A DNA stretch of 64,000 bases, from assembly GCA_025201805.1 (NCBI GenBank), contig MU619342.1, forward strand, positions 44,376-108,375. Reading direction: 5' to 3'. A model generated the notes under the pieces. It did not search any database. It saw only the letters and a list, made by a program, of their open reading frames with translations, and was not told the origin of the DNA. The stretch is from Parasitella parasitica NRRL 2501. Lineage: Eukaryota; Fungi; Mucoromycota. A program made the translations under genes and the position numbers. Positions 25,187 to 37,112 of this stretch are shown piece by piece; within the stretch, counting starts at the first letter, position 1, and the number at the start of each line of letters is the position of its first letter.

Positions 25187-26578
25187 ACACCAATTTTTTG
25201 TATATAAACCTTATGCCCCCCCCCCCCTTTTTTTTATATGATCCAAAAAACTCCATCAAAGATAAAACGTAGTTCCAACGACACTCATTATCTTTCTATA
25301 TACTTTCTGACTTTAAGAACTTTGGCCGAAACCCCCCCCCCCTATATCCTACGCTCATTTATGAAAACTACGTCTCAACTTTATGAATAATAAAACAAAA
25401 CAAATAACAAGGGCATCCTTGGTTGTATACAATTAACCCTAGGCTTACATGGCAAGACGCTAGATTCTTGGCCTATAGAAATAACTCGTATGTCGCTTCT
25501 ATTTTCTAAATTTATGTACATTCTTGCCATTGTCAAGCATCCATTGATATTGGGTGTGCTCATTCTAATCATTTTGGATACAAGCGCTCGTAAGCCTGAT
25601 TGTCTCATTTTTGAATAAAAAGAGCTATTTCCCCCCCCCCCCCAAATCAAGGTATTAATAGGTCTTTATACGATTTCTTTGTTGTATTAGCATATCACAG
25701 TCTGTTTTATTTTTGAAGCCAACCTATTATGGAAGGTAGAATTTGATTAACATCCCATGTTCACTCTTGTAAACATTGTTGCCTGATCCTAACATGTAAA
25801 GTAAACAAAAAAGCGAAGGCTATTGTTAAAGAAAGTAGAGGTTTCAAAATCTTCATGATCAATTATAACATGCATGTCGCCTCCAAGGAGACAATGGCTA
25901 TATGAAAGTTCAAGTTGGATAGTATCAAATACTTTGTCAAAAATTAGCTCAGCCTTTTCGCTATTTGACACCATCTGCTCTGTCCTAGACAAGATCATTG
26001 AAGTTAAGCTCGTGTTTTTTTTTGATGAAAAAACTTTAGTATGCGTACGTTAATAAGCTACTGGTGCATTATTTGAATCAAGTAAATGATATTCAAAGAA
26101 CGTGAGCTAGTACCTGATAATGTGCTTAATTCAAGCTTTAATAATGAAACGGGAGGGAGGGTCAGATCAGGCTTGAGTTTAGTATATAGCAATGTAGGGA
26201 CCGCATTGACATGTAAAACTCATGACCTGCTGTTACGACCATTTAAAGAATTAAATAACTCATTTCAATGAACCAAAAACAGAATTTGACGTAGTTTAGT
26301 AAATGCAAATGAGTATCACTGATTTTTATAATGACCTGTTTCCACATGCCGAGTGGACTGACAGGGTGCTGGTCTGGAGATCACAGTTCATTATACTCGC
26401 TCTGATGTACATCCCTGTTTTCTGTAGGGTTGACAATCTGGTTTAAATTTGACAAGTCTTGGGATTCTGCAGTACCGCGTTTTTAGTATTCAAGGATAAT
26501 AATAAGCCATATTGAGAGTCCAAAAACATATAAAAGCAAATGTCAAAATAATTGCTTCGACCTTAGATACAACAGCTC

Positions 26579-28528
26579 ATGTCTGAACCTATTCAACTTC
26601 TTCACCTTCCTTCTGAAATTTTATCAACTGTTTTCGAACACGTTCAAGATTCGCCAGACTGGAAGGTCGCAAGAAGCACCTTTTATCAATGTCTTTTTGT
26701 TTGCAAGAAGTTGAATGAATTAGCACAAACTCACCTGTACAAGAATGTCTGTCTGCAGAAAGACGAAATTGGCCCTTTTGCTTGGAGACTCCTTGTTACC
26801 AGAAACAACAAAAGACTGGGTAATTTTGTCAAAAGCGTGAATTTTTATCCAGATAATCGCGGTGAAATCGTTTCTTTGCCTCCTGATGTTATTCAGTACC
26901 TCAACATGATTTTGCAGTATGCTCCAAACATTGAAAGTTTTGTGAGTGCATCATCTGATTTTGAGACCTTATTCACTTGGCAGCGCCTTCTTCTCGCCCC
27001 AAGAGAGCAAAACATGTATCTGCATCAATTTACCCTGATGGATAGATGGAGTACAGCCGATAAGTACATGTATACCTTGCTTAGCTTAAAGTATAAAGAC
27101 TCCTTGACCAACCTCCGTTTGTATCCTGTCGTGAAGCCAGATCATCGCATTCGTCAAGATGCCGATTATCTCAATTTGAAGGACCATTTGAACGAATTCA
27201 AGTCTTTGGAGCAAGTTCAGTTCTCCGGTGCTTTTGTCAATGAAGAGCCTATCATCCCTGAACTAGACGGCGCTATCAATCATTTTAATCCTAAGGTCCA
27301 TTCATTGTATCTTGCAGAATGCAACTTTTCAAGAAACCCAAGTTGTCCAGTACAAGTAGAGCCAAACCTCAGTATAAAGAAACTCCGTCTCGGTAATTCT
27401 ATACTCTCTGCTCTTTCAATTCGGTACTTTGCAGCGAAGCTTAAGGGGCTGAAGGAATTCGTAATAACCACTGGAGTTGACACCTCTTCTCAATTGGAAA
27501 CAAAGGAGCAACATGCTGACTGGTGGAACCACCTGAGCAATCTTTGTAAGCAAATTCAGCATTACGACATCAACCTCAAGGATTTCAAAAGTTCAAATTA
27601 TTTGCAGCAAATCAAGGGTTCTGCCAAACTTTTTCAAGGCAAGAAACAGCAAGAGCCAGCCAACAACACTACTGAATTTATCATGCGAATTGGAAAACAA
27701 GATCCCTCGTTGGAGCGCTACATGATTGAGATGAAGCAAAATAGCTCATCGGTTCGACTCTTTGAATCCAAGGGAGTTAGTCATAGTCAGTTCATGCACA
27801 GCGTAGAGTTTCTTGAGATCTTTGACTCGATACAGCCACTTTCCCCTAAAACTATCAGTATTTTGAACGTGGAGCATTTATTGAATTACGAAGAAACATT
27901 GGAGTACCACGAAGTCTTTTCGGGAAATGGTACTCTGGAAGAATATTTCAATGCTATCTGTAGCAAAAGAACCTGGAACGTCTTTAATGGTGTTGCCTCT
28001 CTGATCAATGGCAAGACTGGTTCAGTAGTTCATCTGGACAAAATGGTGTTTCCAAGCTTTGTACAAGGCTTTGCCCAAGTCGGACAAAAAGTCGTATCGG
28101 AAAAGACAAGCATCTCGGAAATGAAACTGACAAACGCTTTGATCTACCCCAGTGTTTTGCCCAAGTTTTCTTTGAAAATGCCGAAAATCGACAAACTTAT
28201 ATTTGATAGCTGTATCTTTATGACCAACTCTCTTCACCAACTCGAAATCGATCTTGGTGAAATGGAAGTAGGTCAATTAGAATTAGACCTGAGCAGCGTA
28301 TTTCATTCCCAATCTCTTATCAGAACAGGCGGAGGACACACGATTACTGTAGCCACCCGCTTTGCAACTATAACAACTTACACTTTCATCTTCGATGAAG
28401 ACCACAAAACCTATCAAGCCCCCACTGGTACACCAGGATCCTCTGATAACTTTCTTATTTCCATCAAATGCAAAGAGCTTGAAAGCTTGGCTATTTGCGG
28501 TAAAGAAGTACTAAAGATCTCTCAATAA
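26579..28528 (+). CDS. F-box-like/LRR-like protein, paralog 2 (649 aa, intronless)
   Basis: LPSEILSTVFEHV...YQCLFVCK; colinear with paralogs 1 and 3 (GSVVHLDKM, LIFDSCIF, NFLISIKCKEL). Confidence 0.75.
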   Translation: MSEPIQLLHLPSEILSTVFEHVQDSPDWKVARSTFYQCLFVCKKLNELAQTHLYKNVCLQKDEIGPFAWRLLVTRNNKRLGNFVKSVNFYPDNRGEIVSLPPDVIQYLNMILQYAPNIESFVSASSDFETLFTWQRLLLAPREQNMYLHQFTLMDRWSTADKYMYTLLSLKYKDSLTNLRLYPVVKPDHRIRQDADYLNLKDHLNEFKSLEQVQFSGAFVNEEPIIPELDGAINHFNPKVHSLYLAECNFSRNPSCPVQVEPNLSIKKLRLGNSILSALSIRYFAAKLKGLKEFVITTGVDTSSQLETKEQHADWWNHLSNLCKQIQHYDINLKDFKSSNYLQQIKGSAKLFQGKKQQEPANNTTEFIMRIGKQDPSLERYMIEMKQNSSSVRLFESKGVSHSQFMHSVEFLEIFDSIQPLSPKTISILNVEHLLNYEETLEYHEVFSGNGTLEEYFNAICSKRTWNVFNGVASLINGKTGSVVHLDKMVFPSFVQGFAQVGQKVVSEKTSISEMKLTNALIYPSVLPKFSLKMPKIDKLIFDSCIFMTNSLHQLEIDLGEMEVGQLELDLSSVFHSQSLIRTGGGHTITVATRFATITTYTFIFDEDHKTYQAPTGTPGSSDNFLISIKCKELESLAICGKEVLKISQ

Positions 28529-28591
28529 TTACATCATTTATATCTCCTTTGATATATTATATACCTTCTTTGATATATTATATACCTTCTT

Positions 28592-28627
<36 letters not shown>

Positions 28628-28931
28628 TATGCTCTTTTTATATGCCTCCGCTCCTTTCATTAACTTATCTACACATTATCAGTATCTACAATTATGTAAC
28701 TCTTTTGTCTACAGTTCCAATAATCACACACATACACTTTTAATAAAAATAAGTACAATCCTTTATTATGTACAATTCAATACTTTTCTTACAAACTGCT
28801 CTATAAAGGTAGGTAGAATATTCAAGGTTTCTATTATCGCTCCTAGAATTGTACCCATCTAGGTAAATTGTCTTATTTAAACTTGCTGAAAGAATGCCAA
28901 TGTGAATGCTTGATTTCATAGCGTATTATAA

Positions 28932-28953
28932 GAGCATCTCCAACGGAGATTGC
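28932..28953 (-). mobile_element. Candidate PIF/Harbinger-type terminus (TAA|GAGCATCTCCAACGG), putative right end of the Fanzor element
   Basis: GAGCATCTCCAA preceded by TAA resembles Harbinger/Tourist TIRs; it folds into a hairpin; no partner end found by eye. Confidence 0.45.
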
Positions 28954-29104
28954 TAATTTTACAAAATTTCCAAAAGAAAATTGGTGAGAGGATGATACTT
29001 TCTTTTTTTTTTGGACAATTTTACTCACCTGTAATGGTGTATAGGATAAACCGAATACCCATGGCGTATCAAAGAGTAATATCAATGACACACAATGCTT
29101 GCAA
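28932..29104 (-). ncRNA. Candidate Fanzor omegaRNA scaffold region
   Basis: Lies between the Fanzor stop and the putative element end; several stems (gtgtgtca/tgatacgc, atgg-gta/tac-a-ccat, ggtgag/ctcacc, terminal atctcc/ggagat). Confidence 0.4.
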
Positions 29105-30600
29105 TTATTCTTTTGATTCAGAACGCTGGAATGGTGAAAGACGAGCGTCATTGTTTCTTGCTGCATGTAAAAATATGTTGAGGATGTTTTTTTGCAGCCA
29201 TTATATCGCGATTCCAAATAATATTACAAGCGGTTTCTTGACACTGTAATACAGAATGTACTCTTCGCTTTGCTGATCGTTGCACAACGTTTTCAACATT
29301 TCTTTTTTTGCAGTTGTTGCAGACTTGACTGTTAAGGTATTCGTCTACCATTTGGACTGTAACGCCACGATTTTCTTTACATTTTTGAAGAGCTTTTATG
29401 ATAGTCTTTGTAGGTCCAGATCTTTTGCCTCTCATGGTAGGTGAAAATCTTCCATCTCCATAGGCAATGATGGTTTTATTTGCCTTAACAGATCCATCAA
29501 GTGGTGGAGGGCGGGAATAAGAATTGTTGTTTCTCGTTGTTGTACGATATTTAATGCTATCATGAGTAAACATCTTGACTATTTCGCTGAAGGCTTTTTG
29601 CTTCTTTCTATAACATCTAAATTTTAATTTTGAAGACCTATTCCATTTGGTTAACACATTTTTAAAATTTGTACAAGAGTTTGCTACACTTACCAAAGGC
29701 CTCTGTTATAAAATTCATACATTGTATCGTAGGATTGTATAATCGCTTTCTGCAAGCAATCAAGAATTTTGAAACTTCTCCGGTTTTTAATGAATCCAGT
29801 TCTGTTATCATTCTATGAGTGTTTGTGTGCTTCGCTTGATGAATCTTTCGAATGTGAGCTGCATCATTAAACCCACACAAGTGATAATACTCCTTTTGAC
29901 CAAGTGATCCCACTCTAACAGCTTGGTCAACTATAGTAAAAACCGTGCTAATTCTAGGGTCTACCGCCCACACTTGGCACCCAATGTCAATATCTGTTTT
30001 GAGGTCAGATGGCTTTACGGGAAGAGAATCTTTCTTCTTTTTTGCTGTAATTCTTGAGAAGAGAAAAGAAACTGAATAACCATCCGTGTAGATAACATTC
30101 CTAGTATAACTTAATAAGTTTTAAGGCATTTACTAAATTAAAACTATATGAACTTACTTGAAGATCTTCTTTCCATTGTAGAGCTTATCTTTGGTTTTAA
30201 ATCCAATTTTAGAAAAATCAAAAAGTTTGTTACAAAACGCAGATAGTTGCTCTTCATTTTTAGTTTCTGTAGTAGTATAACCATCAATAGTTGAAACTCT
30301 GACCAGTCTCCAGAAAGCTTGTGTGCCAATCTGAATTGATTTTCTTTGCGTTAAATACAATGGTAACAGAGAGAAAAAGCAATACCCACGTTTATCAGTG
30401 TATTTTGTGGGGCAAAACGTTTTATCCTTTATCCTTGATTTCACAGTGCTTACGGAAGTTGACACCATTGGTTTGTGTTCTTGAATACTTTGAAGCTTCT
30501 TTTCAAAAACGAGAGGCTCGTTACTTTATAGACTATCATTTTCTATGTATTGACCACAATACGTATTCCACGTATAGGATGTGACATTAAACAAATACAA
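29105..30600 (-). pseudogene. Fanzor1 (eukaryotic TnpB-like RNA-guided endonuclease), intron-containing, frameshifted; 5' end degenerate
   Basis: FSLLP...FKNVIYTDGYSVSFLF; RuvC-I VWAVDP; IIAYGDGRF; RuvC-II VDEYLNSQVCNNC; VLQCQETAC; RuvC-III WNRDIMAAKN; introns 30101-30157 and 29638-29693; frameshifts at ~29740 and ~29190. Confidence 0.9.
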
Positions 30601-31394
30601 ATTTTACGAGCTACTCATATGTAAAATCTGTATGTTAACAGAAAACTGTTCCCAATAGAAAATGTGGAGGCGATCATTGTGTTGTAAACAATTATTTGCC
30701 ATGCAATACTCTAAGCTTTTTTTTTTATATAAATTCAGTATCAAACATCTGCTTCCTTCATCCACCAAGTCTTGATGAAATTATTATTTGACAACTATCA
30801 GTCAGCATATTACATTATTGTCTAAAAATAAATTTTCGTTCGTCCATACATCGTCTGAATATAAAGTAGAAATACGGTGTTAATCAAAAAGCATTCTGTC
30901 TGACTTCAATTTTGATATAAAATTGTCATTTTAGGCATTGCTTATGCAAAATATAAACTTTTGATCATAAAACGCATTTCTTTTTAATCATAAATTACTA
31001 AATTTCCATGTGACAGAATTATTCATATGTATACCATTAGCTGTGGAAGTAAGTAAGCTTTATATTTAGTCGAACTCGAAATGTTGAGTTGTATAGTATT
31101 TTGAAGAGTTATTGAGACAATAATGTCAAAGGATCCCAACTCCAGCTCTTCGCTTTATCTTAGGTAGAAGAAGTGTCGGAAGATGAATGTTTTTCGTGGG
31201 GTAATTGGTAAACCGTAGCTGGTATCCCACTCCAGCTCAGTGGATGCTTCATGCATCTTTTTGTTAAAACAGTTTGGTGTAGAGCTATCCATAATCAAAT
31301 TTCAACCTAAAAGCTGCTGACTCACTATAATCTCTCCCAAAATTTTCTTCCCCACTGTACGATCTGTTCTGTTTCAGTTCCGAAGGATATTAAG

Positions 31395-31470
31395 TTCATC
31401 AAGAAAAAGCTTTCATCAAGAAAAAGCTTTCATCACAAAAAAGCTTTCATCACGAAAAAGCTTTCATCAA
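31395..31470 (+). repeat. 17-bp tandem repeat (TTCATCAAGAAAAAGCT) x~4.5
   Basis: Direct reading of the sequence. Confidence 0.9.
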
Positions 31471-32257
31471 AAGATGATTCAACTGATTAACAGCCTCCTT
31501 ATTAAAGTCATGAGTGTTGTTTCCCGCTCATGTCGTATTTATTTTTTTTTTTTTTTTTTTTTGGGAGTAATTAGGTGCTAACGATGCAGTGCACCATTTA
31601 TATTCGATATTGAGTCCTTATTGAAAGAGCATGTGCCATTATAAGGTAATATGACCATTTATATCTTAACAAAAAAATCATCTATGGTTGGATTGTTAGC
31701 AATGCGCTTCTATTTGACAGCCCTGCATTTGCTAAATGGTTACCTGGGAACTGAATTATTGGTAGCCCATGATGATACGATCATAATGAGACAAAACACG
31801 AAATAGGTTTGGGTCTCATTATTTTAAATTTAATTTCAACGCGTCAAGTTGTAGTGTACTTTTTTGAAAATTATTATACAAATGTGCTGAATGAGTGTTC
31901 GCCGAGTTTGCTGCGACTAATGTGTGCAGCAATGGTGCAATGCACTGATGATTTTCTTAAATGACCAGCTCTTCATGCGCAGGGACATTTTTCTTGGTCT
32001 GGAGAACATTACCTACTCACACTCTACAAGCTCGTTGATAACTAGTGTTGCCTATTGATGGGGGAAAAAAAACGACGTAAAGCGATATCTAATTTAGGCT
32101 TATTGTGGACGGACCTCTTTTTGTCTTGAGATCTTCGATTATAACGTGTTTTAAATTTTTTGAAAAATGATTGTGATAACAATAAACCATTGGAGGGTAT
32201 ATAAAAAGTAATCATCAAATTGCATTAAAACAGTGGTTTTACTTCATTACTACGCTT

Positions 32258-34156
32258 ATGTCTAAATCAACCTCTATAGGCCACCTTCCCAATGAAATAC
32301 TAAAAATCATTTTCGAGTATGTTGGAACTACGGCAGATTGGAAAGAAGCAAGGATGGCCTTATATCAATGTCAGCTTGTATGTAAGATATGGTCAAGATT
32401 AACAAAAACAGGATTGTACAAGGATGTGTGTTTAACACCAGACGAAATTGGCGGTTTTGGTATCACTCTTACAAATGCACCAGGTCTAGGTCTTATCGTT
32501 AAGAGCGTTAAAGTTTGTCGAGATAATGCAAACTCAAAAACGCCGTTTCCTCAGGAAGCAAACCAAGGCATCGATAGCATCTTGAAGCATAGTCCAAACC
32601 TTGAAGTCTTTGGCAGCTCATTAGCTTCCTTTGAAATTCTCATGATTTGGATCCGTATTCTCAATGCTGCAGACAATCAACTCAGGAACCCAAGGCTTTT
32701 TTCGTTAGCGGAGGAATGGCCCTCAGGGGGCCTAAAAGCCTATTCCCTGCTTAGCTTGAAATTCAAAGATTCATTAAGCATACTTCGGCTGTCTCCTTCT
32801 GCGTTGTCTGGTTATCGCATACACCATGATACTAATTTTTGTACTTTGAAGAGTCATGTAAAAGACTTCAAGTCGCTGGAGCAGCTGCAGCTTTGTGGAA
32901 ACTTTGTAACCAATGACTCTATTATTACTGAATTGGACAGCCTTATCGATATCTGCCTCGATACAGTCCACTCTCTAGACCTTCAAAAATGTAGTTTTTT
33001 AAGCAACCACGACTATAGAGGACAAATGAAATCAAGAAGCAGCATACGAAAGCTTCAGCTCCGTGACCCATTGCTCTCCTCCGCTGCAATTCAATATTTC
33101 GCAACAAAACTGACAGCATTGACGACATTTGTACTAACCACCAAACTTGTCAACACTGCCCAATCGAGTACCGAAAAGCAATATGCTGAATGGTGGCAGC
33201 AAATGACAAACCTATGCCGGGATGTCCAACATTATAATATCTGCATCAAGCATTTCCAAATTTCAGATTATTTATACCAAATCAGAGGCTGTGCTGAACT
33301 GTCAAACACGGTTGCAAACTACACAACGCAGCGGCAATCAGTGAAATCTACTGAGTTCACGCTGCGTTTTGGTGATCAAAATAGCATGCAGGGAAACTAC
33401 CATATTGAAATGAATCAGAATGGTTCGTTTGCTCGTCTTTTCGGGCCTGAAAGCAGTTTCGATTTTATGCAGAACGCTGACGTGTGTAAGATTTTTGATT
33501 TCGTGCAGATTTTCTCGCCTAGACATGTTAGAGTATTGAATATGATATGTCCAAACAGCCTGTTGCAACAACACAACAGTTGTTTTTTGCCTGCCTCAAT
33601 CGAACAATACAGTATTAGCAATTGGTCCATCTTCAACGGTGTCACTTGTTTGATCGACAACAGAATTGGATCAGTGGTGCACTTGGATAAAATGATTTTC
33701 CCTAATTCTAATCAGGCTGAACTAATCGGGCAAAGGGTCATCTCCAGAGATACAAGCATCTCAAAGTTCAAGCTGACAAACTCTCTATTTTACCCCGATG
33801 TATTGCCAAAAATGCTAAAGTTTCCAAAAATCGACAGTTTAATATTTGACAGCTGCATCTTTATGACAAATTCTCGGTACCAACTTGAAATCAGTCTTCC
33901 TGAAACAAAATTGGGGTACTTGGAGTTGAACCTAGATCTTATATTCCACTCGAATTCTCTTAAACGTCCAAGTGGACATTATACAATTGTTCTCAGTACT
34001 GGCACTTCAAACATAGCAACCTACACCTTCAACATAAATGAAGACAAAGCTTATCAAAAAGATAGTAGCAAGCATGGGACTTTAGAAAACTTTTTCATTT
34101 ATGTCAAATGTCAAGATTTAGAAAGCTTGAACGTTTCTGGTAAAAAAATATTCTAG
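32258..34156 (+). CDS. F-box-like/LRR-like protein, paralog 3 (632 aa, intronless)
   Basis: LPNEILKIIFEYV...YQCQLVCKIW; near-identical DNA patch shared with paralog 1; TATA at ~32200. Confidence 0.75.
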   Translation: MSKSTSIGHLPNEILKIIFEYVGTTADWKEARMALYQCQLVCKIWSRLTKTGLYKDVCLTPDEIGGFGITLTNAPGLGLIVKSVKVCRDNANSKTPFPQEANQGIDSILKHSPNLEVFGSSLASFEILMIWIRILNAADNQLRNPRLFSLAEEWPSGGLKAYSLLSLKFKDSLSILRLSPSALSGYRIHHDTNFCTLKSHVKDFKSLEQLQLCGNFVTNDSIITELDSLIDICLDTVHSLDLQKCSFLSNHDYRGQMKSRSSIRKLQLRDPLLSSAAIQYFATKLTALTTFVLTTKLVNTAQSSTEKQYAEWWQQMTNLCRDVQHYNICIKHFQISDYLYQIRGCAELSNTVANYTTQRQSVKSTEFTLRFGDQNSMQGNYHIEMNQNGSFARLFGPESSFDFMQNADVCKIFDFVQIFSPRHVRVLNMICPNSLLQQHNSCFLPASIEQYSISNWSIFNGVTCLIDNRIGSVVHLDKMIFPNSNQAELIGQRVISRDTSISKFKLTNSLFYPDVLPKMLKFPKIDSLIFDSCIFMTNSRYQLEISLPETKLGYLELNLDLIFHSNSLKRPSGHYTIVLSTGTSNIATYTFNINEDKAYQKDSSKHGTLENFFIYVKCQDLESLNVSGKKIF

Positions 34157-37112
34157 ATTCTACGTATATGCTTTATATGCCCACTATATGGTCCTGTATA
34201 TTACTCCCCTTAGACTTAATTGCATTTCTGTACCCTCTTTTACTTTATGAGCCAAAAGTCTCAGCTTTATGAATGATATGATTAAAAATAAAATAAAATC
34301 TAATGCTCTTTTATAGAAAGCTATTATAGAAACTGTTTTGTCCTACTACTATTCAAAATCTAATATGCATATGATAAATGGTAAGAGATTGGGGCTTACC
34401 TACACGAAAAATTTCTATAAAAGATTACATTATTAAAATGTCCACACATTTCAAATGGGAGGTGAGCCACAATGTGGAAAAGCGAATGGACCACCAAAAC
34501 TCTCGCTAGACAACTTTTAAGAAGCAGCATGTAAGCTTTATTAGCTAATTACATCAGAAATATTCGAGTTAAACGACTGAATGTAAACTTGAAGCCAACT
34601 TAAGCTTCTTAAACTTGGAAAGCCCATGTATTGTCCTGCTTTTTCTTTTCTTTGTTTTTATTTTTCAACAGAGAATAAAAACATAAAATACAAACAATAG
34701 CTCTTTCAGATTATTTCAATTTAACAGCATTAATTTATTCATTTTTAAATTAAAAATTGATAAGTTTCAATGTGTTATTTATACAGCATACTTTTGAAAT
34801 TATAAAACATCAACTAAGATAGCTTGCGTAGCCCATCAAAACCCTCCAGGAATCAGTAGCTGGCGAAGTTTTATTGGTGTTTTAAGAGGCGCTGTTTTTT
34901 CAGAACATCAAAATCTCCTGGAAAGTCATGAACCTGTGCTAAAGATTGTCCGGTAGAAATTTGCTAGTCTTTACATTTTCAGCATCAAAGCTGCTGTGCT
35001 TCTCGAACAGATGTGTGAACAGATAGCCTTTGTGAAAATTTATCAGTTTGAATAGTACATCTTTTTAAGGATTCTCTAATGTCCAGAAACTTTACTCGAC
35101 ATAATAACACTTATCAAGTAACTAAATATCGCAACTAATCCAACAAATTTTTATTTTCTTTTAACATAACCGGGTTATCTTCTCCTAATTGATCTTCCAT
35201 CTGATTATATACATGTAGTTTTCGGAAGCGCTCAAAATTAGCCGATTTTTTCCTATATAGTACATGTTTGATCTGCACCCATATTTATTGTAGATGGAAT
35301 ATCGGAATGCTTCTATCTTTTTTTTTTTTTTTTTTGTATTAAGTACACCAACTTTATTGCCGATCTCTCTACTTTTATCATCAAATAAGCACGTTTTCTT
35401 GGGAAACAAAAATTTGTACTGTTTGTTCTCGGATTTGCAAAATGCATGCTGTCTTAATGACACTTGGATATTATGACAATTTTTCCCAATAAAGCGTGAT
35501 AATGAACAAAACGTGGGGTTTTGTTTTTATTGTTGATTCAGGAACCTGTTTGTTGTTGAAACAGCGCCAATTGTCTTGTCTAACGCTGCGCGTCAAGCAT
35601 TTACGTTAGGTATGCTGTTTGATGGCTTGTCCTAGTATAGATACAGATTATCTTGTTTTACTAAAAAATCAAGCCTGTCTTTGTGTCATATTGTCCCATT
35701 TGTGGTAACGGAATAATGTATAAATATGGACAATATGCTACTGGTTGTGTTATTAGACACTGTCTCCCAGATTAATATCTGCCTCTTGTACCACGTTCGG
35801 CTTTACTTGTTTCGCTTCGAACTTATACTAAATACTTAGATGACTATAGTGAGGTATTAGAGAAAAACAACTTGTCTATCGGGTTATTGAGAAAATTTTT
35901 TATGCTACTTGCCTTGAAACAGAATTTTCGGTTCTTTCAAGTTAATAAAAAAGTCCTGTATTTTCAACGATCCCTGGAAGCTGAGATGTACTATATTCAA
36001 TGTTTAAATATAATGGGGATTTACTTGCCATAGCAATTCAAGTTGATGTATCCCACTTGTTACTCCTGTTATCTCACAGAAAGAGAGAAACATATGCTTA
36101 CATTTCTGTTGATCTGTCACTTTCCCTATAAATTATGGCTTAGGAAACAAGTAATTTATGGGATATATTTGACAATCTAGAACATAAGCACGAGTTTTTT
36201 TATGGGGATGATCAAGATTTAGAAAACAATTAGCCCAACTATGAAATACCTGGCAACGATATCGTTCTAGGCCGTGAAGTATTCTGAGATATACATGTCG
36301 ACGATTACAGCTATTCAATAGTGCAAATAATCTTATCGGATTAGACAATAATTCAAAAAATAGCAAGATCGCCGTTGTGCAGTCAACAGAGTCCTACTCA
36401 GACTAGTAGCCTGATGTACCGGCAACAAGAGGAAAAGTTGAGTGACACTAACAAGCCATAACTTCCGCAACAAGCACATCCATGATAATCAATTCTAATA
36501 ACACAATGACATTATTATTGGTTGCATGTATTATCATTTGGCTTGGATTCCAATCCAAAACATTGTTTTTATAGGGATTCTAGGCATTGAGGCTTACATG
36601 ATCCCACATTTTTATTTGTATACGTGTATATTTACATATAGGAACGCTGTTCACTATCAGCCGAAAAACTAAAGCAACTCCCGGTATAATAATGTTAATA
36701 TATACAGTGGCGATATATTAAATATATTAGAATTTAACTCCTTAAGCGTCATGACGGTCAAAAACATAGCGAAGGGAAGGAACTATTATAGATCAAATGC
36801 AATAATATATAGCAGATAATGATATGTTAATTCACACGTCATATAGACATCTATATGTTTTACATGTACATTACATAGACTTGTTACACCTGTAGATAAA
36901 AATACTTTTTATGTATGCGCATTTTCACCTCCTCCTCCCTTGGCGTTTGAACCATCCAATTTTAGTAAGACATGTGAGCCGTAAAATAGCTATAAACCTT
37001 TTAATGCAAAGAAAGATGAACGTTGCTGGTATATTAATAACCATAGTAAAATTCACTTTTTATTTTTTTTTCTCTCTTTTTTCCCTTTAAATTTTTCATA
37101 AACGTTGAAACC

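Noticed and set aside
25789-25998. Possible fourth, degenerate F-box paralog fragment
   Set aside because: Only vague LIFD..LEL resemblance; insufficient evidence
31395-31470. 17-bp repeats as a Fanzor guide array
   Set aside because: Head-to-tail with no unique spacers, and upstream rather than downstream of the ORF
34200-37000. AT-rich 2.8-kb intergenic stretch as a hidden gene or TE
   Set aside because: No motif, splice-consistent ORF or repeat identified by eye
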